A DNA stretch of 32,000 nt from Escherichia coli O139:H1 (GTDB taxonomy: Bacteria > Pseudomonadota > Gammaproteobacteria > Enterobacterales > Enterobacteriaceae), in NCBI RefSeq assembly GCF_019431335.1, contig NZ_CP080235.1, one strand, 5' to 3'. Numbering within the stretch: position 1 is the stretch's first letter; every line of letters starts with the position of its first letter. Position numbers and translations under genes: made by a program. Under the pieces are notes generated by a model. It worked only from the letters and a program-made list of their open reading frames with translations, did not search any database and was not told where the DNA came from. This document shows, piece by piece, positions 20,636 to 29,159 of this stretch.

Positions 20636-20983
20636 TTATATGCGGATGCCAGCGCGTTCCGTTCGTTTCGGGTGCTTCCAGTCGATGCCTTCGAGAAGCA
20701 TGGACAACTGAGCCGGAGTAAGGTGAACCTTTCCATCGCGGGTGACCGGCCAGACGAAGCGGCCCCGCTCCAGGCGTTTGGTGAAGAGGCACAGTCCGTC
20801 ACTGTCAGCCCACAGCACTTTTATCTGGTCACCCCGGCGTCCGCGGAAGATGAACAGATGCCCGGAGAACGGGTCATCCTTCAGGACGTTCTGAACTTTT
20901 GAGGCCAGGCCGTTAAAGCCATTTCGCATATCGGTGATACCGGCAACCAGCCAGATACGCGAACCGGCAGGGAGAGATATCAT
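20636..20983 (-). CDS. tnpB: IS66-family accessory protein TnpB
   Basis: ISLPAGSRIWLVAGITDMRNGFNGLASKVQ...FIFRGRRGDQIKVLWADSDGLCLFTKRLERGRFVWP. Confidence 0.95.
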   Translation of the reverse strand: MISLPAGSRIWLVAGITDMRNGFNGLASKVQNVLKDDPFSGHLFIFRGRRGDQIKVLWADSDGLCLFTKRLERGRFVWPVTRDGKVHLTPAQLSMLLEGIDWKHPKRTERAGIRI

Positions 20984-21633
20984 CAGTGGCTGCTCCCTTT
21001 CATTTCGCGGATAAGTGTCTGTAATAACGCCGGTGTCAGTTCACCTTTCAGCCTGAGAGTTCCGGCCGGCAGAACCAGCTCGCAGCACAGACTGTCTGGC
21101 AGTGTATTTATCTGTTCAGGTATCTGCACTGGTGCCGGGATTTTATTATCCGGCTCCGGAGTTAACGTCACGGGAAGTAGCGATGTTTCATGTTCGCCGG
21201 GCGGTTGCAGGCCACCGTTACGCCAGAGATGCCGCCAGTTAAAGAGCAGGTTATCGTTAATTCCATTCTCTCGAGCTATTTGTGCGACACAGGCACCGGG
21301 TAAAAGAGTTTGCTGAACCAGTCTCCATTTAAACTCCGGTGAAAATCGGTTCCGGCGGGGTTTCTCTGCTTTCACAGGCTGAGTCACGGTCGGGGCTGAA
21401 GGGTATCGCCCCGGGAAAAGAGCCCGGGCCAGTTGCCCGCAGGAATATTCACCGGAAAGAGGCCAGTCAGTGAATACCTGGTGAAATCGCCTCACCAGAG
21501 AAAAAATGGCGGTTTTGCTGACACCGGTCTGCGCAGAAATGCGCGGGTACGACAGTGACTCGTCAAATCTCAGCTGTAGCACACGCAGGATCAATTCCGG
21601 ATTGTCTGCCAGTACCGCTTTTCGTGCATTCAT
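20983..21633 (-). CDS. tnpA: IS66-family accessory protein TnpA (long form with extra N-terminal HTH)
   Basis: FSPEFKWRLVQQTLLPGACVAQIARENGINDNLLFNWRHLWRNG helix-turn-helix; overlaps tnpB. Confidence 0.85.
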   Translation of the reverse strand: MNARKAVLADNPELILRVLQLRFDESLSYPRISAQTGVSKTAIFSLVRRFHQVFTDWPLSGEYSCGQLARALFPGRYPSAPTVTQPVKAEKPRRNRFSPEFKWRLVQQTLLPGACVAQIARENGINDNLLFNWRHLWRNGGLQPPGEHETSLLPVTLTPEPDNKIPAPVQIPEQINTLPDSLCCELVLPAGTLRLKGELTPALLQTLIREMKGSSH

Positions 21634-21718
21634 CTTAAATGTCCCTTTACTGCGAAAATGGACATTAGTATCGGAAACAGGAAAGGGAGGCGAAAGACGG
21701 TTTAAATGAGACGGTTAC

Positions 21719-21726
21719 AGATGAAC
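21719..21726 (+). repeat. Target-site duplication of IS66-family element, right copy AGATGAAC
   Basis: Identical to 19007-19014. Confidence 0.92.
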
Positions 21727-21866
21727 AAAAAATACACAAGCATTGTAAGGCTGCCGGAACAAATCCCCCCTGTTGCGTCTGCCGAAAATATTCACAAAAT
21801 AAAGCGCTACCCGAAGCCGGACGGACTTATCCGGTGCTGTATGGACATTAACGAGGTAGCCCGATG

Positions 21867-22130
21867 CAAGCTGTTTTTTCTTCCCCGTCTCCCGCCCCTG
21901 TGACGCCACTGATGCCGCTGCCGGACATCACGCAGGAGCGTTTTTTACGTCTGCCGGAAGTGATGCACCTGTGCGGCCTGTCACGCTCGACCATCTACGA
22001 ATTCATCCGTAAGGGGGAATTTCCGCCGCAGGTGAGTCTTGGCGGTAAAAATGTGGCCTGGCTGCACTCTGAAGTCACCGCATGGATGGCCGGGCGCATT
22101 GCCGGACGCAAACGGGGGTACGACGCATGA
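21867..22130 (+). CDS. AlpA/Vis-family helix-turn-helix regulator
   Basis: [53 protein letters not shown]. Confidence 0.92.
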   Translation, partial: QAVFSSPSPAPVTPLMPLPDITQERFLRLPEVMHLCGLSRSTIYEFIRKGEFPPQVSLGGKNVAWLHSEVTAWMAGRIAGRKRGYDA

Positions 22131-22717
22131 TGATGCCTGTTCTGCAAAAAGTCCCTTTTTCTGGCTTGCCTTTTTCCGGCATTTGCGGATATAGTTTTTC
22201 CGCTGTCGCAAAATCGGCAGCCGGGCGTAGGAACCCGTGTAACTCGAAGGCGACATATGACGCGCCATGCGTCTTTTTTTGTGTCGCAATCAACGCCACA
22301 GAGCGCCAGATTATGGTGTGGCGTGTGGTTTGCCGTGCAGGTATGATCCTGTTCGCAATCGCATGTTATGCCACTGAGTCAATGGTAGCTCAGGCGGGGC
22401 AGCCTCCGGGCTGGCCGGTATTCTTCGAGGCCGGTATTCCTACCCCCGTCTGGGCTATCGCCATCGAGCGTAGGAACTCCGGCGATAGCAGTTATTTGCT
22501 ACTCGAAGGAGACGGCCTTATGGCTACAACCCTTACCCCCTCACACCCTGAATTTGTCTTTGTGTTTGCGGCTGTCCGTCGCGCAGACCGTCATCCCCGT
22601 ATCTGTATGCTTCGCACCGTCGCCGGTGATGAACGCAGTGCCCGCCGTTCCCTTGTCCGTGACTATGTGCTCTCCCTTGCTGCCCGTCTGCCGGTGGTGG
22701 AGGTGTCCCGTGCGTAA
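22127..22717 (+). CDS. Icd/Ash-like phage ORF (host cell division inhibitor Icd-like family)
   Basis: 196-aa ORF with ATGA overlap with alpA-like gene; [51 protein letters not shown] resembles Icd/Ash-like P4-family proteins; overlaps the C4-like RNA region. Confidence 0.65.
   Translation: MMMPVLQKVPFSGLPFSGICGYSFSAVAKSAAGRRNPCNSKATYDAPCVFFCVAINATERQIMVWRVVCRAGMILFAIACYATESMVAQAGQPPGWPVFFEAGIPTPVWAIAIERRNSGDSSYLLLEGDGLMATTLTPSHPEFVFVFAAVRRADRHPRICMLRTVAGDERSARRSLVRDYVLSLAARLPVVEVSRA
22390..22492 (+). ncRNA. C4/P4 CI-like antisense immunity RNA (approximate limits)
   Basis: CTTCGAG (22423-22429) and TTCCTAC (22437-22443) are complementary to upstream CTCGAAG (22243-22249) and GTAGGAA (22227-22233); followed by 9-bp stem GCTATCGCC/GGCGATAGC (22454-22462/22481-22489). 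Confidence 0.68.
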
Positions 22718-22997
22718 TAAAAAAGCCCCTCAGACCGTCTCAGCGCGTCATGACGCCCGTGAACACCTCAGCATTGAGGCTTACCATAAGCTCAACCGCG
22801 CCAGCGCCGTATCCCAGTTTGTTGGGGGTGATTTGATTCACCGTGAACTCTCCGGCCTGCATCAGCTCTACATTCCGCATATTTTCAGCTACCTGAATGA
22901 AGATATTGATTTTGTGCTGAATGAGCTGAAAGCCAAAGGCCTGTGCCGCGATTTTCTCGCCCAGCAGAAAGACCGGGGAGACAGGACGCATGTTTGA
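22710..22997 (+). CDS. Conserved P4-like early region protein
   Basis: GTG start, [47 protein letters not shown]...; overlaps next ORF. Confidence 0.7.
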   Translation: MRNKKAPQTVSARHDAREHLSIEAYHKLNRASAVSQFVGGDLIHRELSGLHQLYIPHIFSYLNEDIDFVLNELKAKGLCRDFLAQQKDRGDRTHV

Positions 22998-23445
22998 TTT
23001 TCCCCAGCCCGGTGAGATTTACCGTTCTGCCGGTTTTCCCGATGTGGCCGTGGTCGGCATTCTGGAAGACGGTATTCCGTGGGAAATGCCGTACCGCTGC
23101 CCGGACATTGTCTGGAATCCGTACCACCGTAAATTCAGTATCCTTGTGCGTATCCTCGCTGACGGGCGCACCACAGACATCCCGCTGGGGCGTTTTCTGC
23201 GGGAATTTACCTGTGACCGTCCTGACCTGTTTAAACGCAGCCCCGTAAACCGGCATGCGGTACTGAAAGAAATGGCCGGAGACCCGGAATTACAGAAATG
23301 GCGGGAGAAATATCTGGATATTTACCCGCAGGACCCTGTTCCGGTCAGCCGGGCGGCACCGGTGGCGCGGGAATGGCGGGAAATTCCCCGCACGGAGCCT
23401 GACCCGGAAATCACCCCGGATAACAGTTACCGCAATTATCTGTAA
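22990..23445 (+). CDS. P4 ORF151-like conserved protein
   Basis: 151 aa, [37 protein letters not shown]; between the early region and cnr. Confidence 0.75.
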   Translation: MFDFPQPGEIYRSAGFPDVAVVGILEDGIPWEMPYRCPDIVWNPYHRKFSILVRILADGRTTDIPLGRFLREFTCDRPDLFKRSPVNRHAVLKEMAGDPELQKWREKYLDIYPQDPVPVSRAAPVAREWREIPRTEPDPEITPDNSYRNYL

Positions 23446-23580
23446 TTAAAAAACGACACCCGAAAAATTAAATGTGCGTATTCGCGCAGGGATACGCACG
23501 TCTTCAGGAGACGCAGATATGCCTTATCAGTTAATGCAACCGGCACGGAATGCAGTCATCTGTCACAGGGAGGAAAACAA

Positions 23581-23901
23581 ATGAAAACACCCTTACCGCC
23601 CGTCTTACGCGCAGCCCTTTACCGTCGCGCTGTCGCCTGTGCCTGGCTGACCGTGTGCGAACGTCAGCACCGCTACCCGCATCTCACCCTTGAATCACTG
23701 GAGGCGGCCATCGCCGCTGAGCTGGAAGGCTTTTATCTGCGCCAGCACGGTGAGGAAAAAGGGCGCCAGATAGCCTGTGCCCTGCTGGAAGATTTAATGG
23801 AATCCGGCCCCCTGAAGGCCGCGCCGTCGCTGTCCTTTCTCGGGCTGGTTGTGATGGATGAACTCTGTGCCCGTCACATAAAAGCGCCGGTACTGCACTG
23901 A
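23581..23901 (+). CDS. cnr: Copy number regulator Cnr (P4 ORF106)
   Basis: 106 aa, [55 protein letters not shown]; immediately upstream of alpha. Confidence 0.8.
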
Positions 23902-23915
23902 AGGAGAACAACACC

Positions 23916-26249
23916 ATGAAAATGAACGTAACCGCCACCGTCAGCCATGCGCTCGGCCACTGGCCGCGTATTCTCCCGGCGCTGGGGATTCAGGTGCTGA
24001 AAAACCGTCATCAGCCCTGTCCGGTCTGTGGCGGGAGTGACCGCTTCCGTTTTGATGACAGGGAGGGGCGCGGCACCTGGTACTGCAATCAGTGTGGTGC
24101 CGGTGACGGCCTGAAACTGGTTGAAAAGGTGTTTGGTGTTTCCCCGTCCGACGCGGCCGCAAAGGTGGCTGCCGTGACCGGCAGTCTGCCCCCGGCTGAC
24201 CCGGCAGTGACGGCCGCCGCCGTTGCTGAAACAGACGCTGCCCGGAAGAACGCCGCCGCACTGGCACAAACCCTGATGGCAAAAACCCGTCCCGGAACCG
24301 GTAACTCCTACCTGACCCGCAAGGGCTTTCCCGGCCGGGAATGCCGGATGCTGACCGGCACACACAGAGCCGGTGGCGTGAGCTGGCGCGCCGGTGACCT
24401 TGTGGTGCCACTGTATGACGACAGCGGCGAACTGGTTAACCTTCAGTTAATCAGTGCTGACGGCCATAAGCGCACCCTGAAAGGCGGACAGGTCAGGGGC
24501 ACCTGTCACACCCTTGAAGGACAGAATCAGGCCGGAAAACGTCTGTGGATAGCGGAGGGATACGCGACCGCTCTTACCGTACATCACCTGACCGGTGAAA
24601 CGGTGATGGTGGCGCTTTCTTCCGTGAACCTCCTTTCTCTGGCCAGCCTTGCCCGGCAGAAGCATCCGGCCTGTCAGATTGTCCTTGCCGCAGACCGTGA
24701 CCTCAGCGGTGACGGCCAGACAAAAGCCGCCGCAGCCGCAGATGCGTGTGAGGGCGTTGTTGCCCTGCCGCCGGTCTTCGGTGACTGGAATGATGCCTTC
24801 ACGCAGTACGGCGGGGAGGCCACCCGTAAGGCCATTTACGATGCCATCCGGCCACCGGCTGAAAGCCCGTTCGACACCATGAGCGAAGCAGAGTTTTCCG
24901 CCATGAGTACCAGCGAAAAGGCCATGCGTATCTATGAGCATTACGGCGAGGCGCTCGCGGTCGATGCCAACGGCCAGCTTCTGTCCCGTTATGAAAATGG
25001 TGTCTGGAAGGTGCTGCCGCCACAGGACTTTGCCCGGGATGTGGCCGGGCTGTTTCAGCGTCTGCGCGCGCCGTTCTCCTCCGGGAAGGTGGCCTCCGTG
25101 GTGGACACCCTGAAGCTGATTATTCCGCAGCAGGAAGCCCCATCCCGCCGCCTGATTGGCTTTCGTAACGGCGTGCTCGACACGCAGAACGGCACGTTCC
25201 ACCCGCACAGTCCGTCACACTGGATGCGCACCCTGTGCGATGTGGATTTCACCCCGCCGGTGGAAGGGGAAACGCTGGAAACCCACGCCCCCGCGTTCTG
25301 GCGCTGGCTTGACCGTGCCGCCGGTGGCCGTGCGGAAAAACGCGACGTGATTCTGGCCGCACTGTTTATGGTGCTGGCAAACCGCTACGACTGGCAGCTC
25401 TTTCTGGAGGTGACCGGTCCCGGCGGCAGCGGCAAAAGTATCATGGCCGAAATAGCCACCCTGCTGGCCGGGGAGGATAACGCCACGTCGGCCACCATCG
25501 AGACGCTGGAATCCCCGCGTGAACGTGCCGCGTTAACTGGCTTCTCACTGATACGCCTGCCGGACCAGGAAAAATGGAGCGGCGACGGTGCCGGACTCAA
25601 GGCCATCACCGGCGGCGATGCGGTGTCCGTTGACCCGAAATACCGGGATGCGTACTCCACGCATATCCCGGCGGTAATTCTGGCCGTGAACAATAACCCG
25701 ATGCGCTTCACCGACCGCAGCGGCGGCGTGTCACGCCGGCGGGTGATTATTCACTTCCCGGAACAGATAGCCCCGCAGGAGCGCGACCCGCAGCTTAAGG
25801 ACAAAATCACCCACGAGCTGGCGGTCATCGTGCGTCACCTGATGCAGAAGTTCAGCGACCCGATGCTCGCCCGGTCACTGCTTCAGTCCCAGCAAAACTC
25901 AGACGAGGCGCTGAACATCAAACGGGATGCCGACCCGACGTTTGATTTTATCGGCTATCTGGAAACCCTGCCGCAGACCAGCGGCATGTATATGGGGAAC
26001 GCCAGTATCATCCCGCGCAATTACCGTAAATACCTCTATCACGCCTATCTGGCCTACATGGAGGCAAACGGCTACCGGAATGTACTCAGTCTGAAAATGT
26101 TCGGACTGGGGCTGCCGGTGATGCTGAAGGAATACGGGCTGAATTACGAGAAGCGCCATACCAAACAGGGGATACAGACCAACCTGACGCTGAAAGAGGA
26201 AAGCTACGGCGACTGGCTGCCAAAATGTGACGACCCAGCAACAGCCTAA
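23916..26249 (+). CDS. alpha: P4-type alpha replication protein (primase-helicase, iteron-binding)
   Basis: 777 aa; zinc finger CPVCGGSDRFRFDDREGRGTWYCNQCGAGDG, Walker A VTGPGGSGKS, SF3-like helicase region, C-term iteron-binding region. Confidence 0.95.
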   Translation: MKMNVTATVSHALGHWPRILPALGIQVLKNRHQPCPVCGGSDRFRFDDREGRGTWYCNQCGAGDGLKLVEKVFGVSPSDAAAKVAAVTGSLPPADPAVTAAAVAETDAARKNAAALAQTLMAKTRPGTGNSYLTRKGFPGRECRMLTGTHRAGGVSWRAGDLVVPLYDDSGELVNLQLISADGHKRTLKGGQVRGTCHTLEGQNQAGKRLWIAEGYATALTVHHLTGETVMVALSSVNLLSLASLARQKHPACQIVLAADRDLSGDGQTKAAAAADACEGVVALPPVFGDWNDAFTQYGGEATRKAIYDAIRPPAESPFDTMSEAEFSAMSTSEKAMRIYEHYGEALAVDANGQLLSRYENGVWKVLPPQDFARDVAGLFQRLRAPFSSGKVASVVDTLKLIIPQQEAPSRRLIGFRNGVLDTQNGTFHPHSPSHWMRTLCDVDFTPPVEGETLETHAPAFWRWLDRAAGGRAEKRDVILAALFMVLANRYDWQLFLEVTGPGGSGKSIMAEIATLLAGEDNATSATIETLESPRERAALTGFSLIRLPDQEKWSGDGAGLKAITGGDAVSVDPKYRDAYSTHIPAVILAVNNNPMRFTDRSGGVSRRRVIIHFPEQIAPQERDPQLKDKITHELAVIVRHLMQKFSDPMLARSLLQSQQNSDEALNIKRDADPTFDFIGYLETLPQTSGMYMGNASIIPRNYRKYLYHAYLAYMEANGYRNVLSLKMFGLGLPVMLKEYGLNYEKRHTKQGIQTNLTLKEESYGDWLPKCDDPATA

Positions 26250-26256
26250 CCCACCT

Positions 26257-26281
26257 GACCGGCATCTGCCGGTCTTTTTTT
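26257..26281 (+). terminator. Rho-independent terminator after alpha
   Basis: GACCGGCATCTGCCGGTC followed by TTTTTTT. Confidence 0.88.
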
Positions 26282-26299
26282 ATCCCTGAATTCCCCGAA

Positions 26300-26391
26300 G
26301 GTGAACAATCCACTGTTCACCCTTCACCGTATATTAACCCGTTATCACACTGAAATTAAAAGAGAAAAATGAAAGGTGAACAGTGTGAACA
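26300..26391. repeat. crr-like replication region, copy 1 (iterons)
   Basis: GGTGAACAATCCACTGTTCACCC...GGTGAACAGTGTGAACAAT; P4 crr position next to alpha. Confidence 0.82.
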
Positions 26392-26659
26392 ATCAAATCA
26401 AAAAAACTTTCTACTCCCACTATAGCCTGACTGGTCGTCTCCAAAACGAGCGGAAAAGCATCAACAATGAATAGTTAACTGTTAACTCCGCGCCAACTCA
26501 TTACCACTTAACTCAATGATATTAAATGGAAAACTATCGAAATGAATACTCTGCAAAATTAAATGCAAAAAAATATATGCCAGTCAAATTTCGTTACGCA
26601 CTCTCTTCCAAGAAAGAGATAAATGCTTTATACGTCCACCATACTATGTTATTTTTTTA

Positions 26660-26805
26660 ATACGGCTCTGCCTTAAATCTGTGAGGTTGTTTCGCCTCGA
26701 AGTATCTTATGTTAGCACATCACGCTACCAATCAGCGGTTAGTTACTTGACGTAACTGTTAATTGGCTAAAGTTTGCATAGAGTGATTGGGCGGAGCCGT
26801 AAATT
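26660..26805 (+). ncRNA. Retron msr-msd non-coding RNA (approximate limits)
   Basis: a1 TACGGCTCTGCC (26661-26672) pairs (one G-U) with a2 GGCGGAGCCGTA (26790-26801); msr hairpin GAGG-TTGTTTCG-CCTC (26683-26698) with the TTGTTTCG loop also found in Ec86; msd stem includes CCAAT...AGTTAC-TTGAC-GTAACT...ATTGG (26728-26766) and ATCAC/GTGAT (26719-26723/26783-26787). Confidence 0.9.
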
Positions 26806-26835
26806 TAGTCCATAAATACAGTAACGAGGTAGAGA

Positions 26836-28467
26836 GTGTCTTTACATGACAAGCTACTGATGCTTAGTCTCAATTCGGCGAATAAAGAAGAAGATGAGAC
26901 AATCCCGGAGTTACCTAAGTTAGAGCCTCAGCCCTATCAAGCTGGAAATAAGTTGAAATGGGATAATAAAGAGCTGAAAAATCAGCCCATCACTTCAAAG
27001 AATGACATTAATGTAATATGCAAAAAAATTGAAAACAAAAGCATTGTAATTACATCAGCAAACGATGTAGCCAATCTGTTAGAAGTCCCGGTCGGACAAT
27101 TATTATTTATTTTATATAATAAAAAAGATAACTATAGAACTTTTGAAATAAAAAAGAAAAATGGAAAAAGTAGAATCATAAATGCACCTCAAGGCGGTTT
27201 ATCAATTCTGCAAGAGAAATTAAAGCCAGTTCTTGAGTACTTTTATCGCCCCAAAAAACCAGCACATGGATTTATTAAGGATAAAAGTATATTAACAAAT
27301 GCAGAAAAACATACAAAGAAAAAATATGTTGTTAATGTAGATTTAGAAAATTATTTTGGTTCAGTCACTTTCGCTAGAGTATATGGGATATTTAAAAGTA
27401 AGCCATTTAATTTCTCTCATCCTGCGGCGAGTATATTAGCTCAACTATGTACTAAGGATGGAAAATTACCTCAAGGAGCATGTACCTCCCCTGTTCTAGC
27501 AAATTTAGCATCAGCCTCACTCGATAAACACCTAACCCAACTGGCACGTAGAAAAAACATCACATATACAAGATATGCAGATGATATTACTTTTTCATTT
27601 AATCAACGACAAGTCAGAGAAATCATAACGCTAGATAATGAAAATAATTTTGAATTGGGCGAGGCGATTATCTCTGTGATAGAGAAAAGTGGCTTCAGCA
27701 TAAACACAAGTAAATTCAGAGTTCAGAAAAGAAATGAACGTCAAAAAGTTACTGGTCTAGTGGTAAATGAAAAAGTAAATGTTGAGCGTAAATATCTTAG
27801 AGTTACTCGTTCATTAGTTCATAAATGGAGAGAAGACAAGTTAACATCAGCATTGTTGTTTGTTACTAAAAAAGGTTTTAAGGCAACAAATAACGAACAT
27901 GCTATATCAATTTTTCGCAATCATATTTATGGGCGATTGAGTTTTATAAAAATGATCCGTGGTGAGGACTTCCCGTTATATCTTAAATTAATGGCTGAAA
28001 TGAGTCATCATGATCCTTTAAAAACAAAAGAAGGGCTTAGAGCAATGAAAGAAACTGAAACTTACGATGTATTTATTTGTCATGCAAGCGAAGATAAAAC
28101 ATCCATCGCAATTCCAATTTACGAAGAATTAATTAAATTAAATATATCAACATTCATAGATCATGTTGAAATAAATTGGGGCGATTCATTAATCCAAAAA
28201 ATTAACTCAGCTCTTGTAAAGTCTAAATATGTAATTGCCATTCTTTCGGCTAATTCTGTAGATAAACATTGGCCTAAGAAAGAATTGCATTCTGTGCTTG
28301 CAAGAGAAATCACTGAAGGTGAAGTAAAATTACTTACTCTTGTAAAAGAAGCAGATGAAGCAATAGTTGCTGAATCTTTGCCGCTCTTAAGTGATAAGCT
28401 TTATATGACCTATAAAGATAATCCGGCAGAAGTTGCAGATAAGGTTCGTGCGCTTTTAAACAAGTGA
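26836..28467 (+). CDS. Retron reverse transcriptase fused to C-terminal TIR domain (RT-TIR)
   Basis: GTG start with GAGGT at 26826-26830; RT: IINAPQGGLSILQEKLKP, HGFIKDKSILTNAEKH, VNVDLENYFGS, PQGACTSPVLANL, RYADDITFS (YADD 27574-27585), VTGLVVN (27748-); TIR from codon 409 (28060): TYDVFICHASEDK, FIDHVEINWGDSL, VIAILSANSVDKHWPKKELHSVL. Confidence 0.97.
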   Translation: MSLHDKLLMLSLNSANKEEDETIPELPKLEPQPYQAGNKLKWDNKELKNQPITSKNDINVICKKIENKSIVITSANDVANLLEVPVGQLLFILYNKKDNYRTFEIKKKNGKSRIINAPQGGLSILQEKLKPVLEYFYRPKKPAHGFIKDKSILTNAEKHTKKKYVVNVDLENYFGSVTFARVYGIFKSKPFNFSHPAASILAQLCTKDGKLPQGACTSPVLANLASASLDKHLTQLARRKNITYTRYADDITFSFNQRQVREIITLDNENNFELGEAIISVIEKSGFSINTSKFRVQKRNERQKVTGLVVNEKVNVERKYLRVTRSLVHKWREDKLTSALLFVTKKGFKATNNEHAISIFRNHIYGRLSFIKMIRGEDFPLYLKLMAEMSHHDPLKTKEGLRAMKETETYDVFICHASEDKTSIAIPIYEELIKLNISTFIDHVEINWGDSLIQKINSALVKSKYVIAILSANSVDKHWPKKELHSVLAREITEGEVKLLTLVKEADEAIVAESLPLLSDKLYMTYKDNPAEVADKVRALLNK

Positions 28468-28550
28468 CAGCTACTGTCAAATGTGTATAAAGTCATTGAT
28501 ATTTTATATAAAATCAATGGATTGCAATCCATATAAGATTCCTTATGCAT

Positions 28551-28873
28551 CAGTGACCCGGTGCTCGCCCGGTCACTGCTTCAGTCCCAGCAGAACTCAG
28601 ACGAGGCGCTTAACATCTAACGGGATGCCAACCCGACGTTTGGTTTTATCGGCTATCTAGCCTATATAGAAGCAAACGGCTACCAAAACGTACTCAGTCT
28701 GAAAATGTTCGGGCTGGGGCTGCCGGTGATGCTGAAAGAATACGGGCTGAATTACGAGAAGCACCATACAAAGCAGGGGATACAAACCAACCTGACGCTG
28801 AAAGAGGAAGTCTACGGCGACTGGTTGCCCAAATGTGACGCCCCAGCAACAACCTAATCCATATGACCCACCT
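28551..28873 (+). pseudogene. Truncated second copy of the alpha 3' end
   Basis: CAGTGACCCGGTGCTCGCCCGGTCACTGCTTCAGTCCCAGCAGAACTCAGACGAGGCGCT... matches 25853 onward, with stop AACATCTAA and an internal deletion of about 95 bp after GGCTATCT. Confidence 0.93.
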
Positions 28874-28898
28874 GACCGGCATCTGCCGGTCTTTTTTT
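28874..28898 (+). terminator. Duplicate of the alpha terminator
   Basis: GACCGGCATCTGCCGGTCTTTTTTT, same as 26257-26281. Confidence 0.85.
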
Positions 28899-28916
28899 AT
28901 CCCGAAACTCCCCGTA

Positions 28917-29010
28917 GGTGAACAATCCACTGTTCACCCTTCACCGTATATTCACCCGTTATCACACTGAAATTAAAAAAGAAAAACGAAAGGTGAACAG
29001 TGTGAACAGT
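28917..29010. repeat. crr-like replication region, copy 2 (iterons)
   Basis: GGTGAACAATCCACTGTTCACCCTTCACCGTATATTCACCC...GGTGAACAGTGTGAACAGT, near-identical to copy 1. Confidence 0.85.
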
Positions 29011-29159
29011 TCTTTCGAAAAAAAAATTTTTCCTGAGTTAACGTGCGTGAAGATACGTGTAAGAATTAATCGATAGATATTATGTGTATAAGAATGTGTA
29101 TAAATTAATTACAATAGATAAAATAAACCATTAAAATCAAATTGTTATATAATGATTTT

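Larger units (their letters stand above)
19015..21718 (-). mobile_element. Complete IS66-family insertion sequence, 2704 bp
   Basis: TnpA/TnpB/TnpC-type ORFs; imperfect IRs GTAAGCGGCTCGCCAGAACCGT (left) and GTAACCGTCTCATTTAAACCGT (right, reverse complement), 15/22 identical; 8-bp TSD. Confidence 0.94.

Noticed and set aside
22082-22126. Upstream extension of the Icd/Ash-like ORF ([15 protein letters not shown]...)
   Set aside because: Lies wholly within the alpA-like coding sequence in another frame; the ATG at 22127 with ATGA overlap is more plausible.
24447-25208. Long antisense ORFs inside alpha (253 aa and others)
   Set aside because: GC-rich shadow frames opposite a strongly supported primase-helicase gene; low-complexity composition, no domain.
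26300-26391. Possible CRISPR-like short repeats
   Set aside because: Repeats are ~10-nt GGTGAACAG iterons in both orientations with irregular spacing, next to alpha; P4 replication sites, no spacer structure.
28694-28930. Minus-strand ORF similar to 26086-26313 (MDCSPT/SGSFG/NSGIKKDRQMPVRWV...)
   Set aside because: The similarity is explained by the duplicated alpha 3' end and crr, not by a conserved antisense gene.
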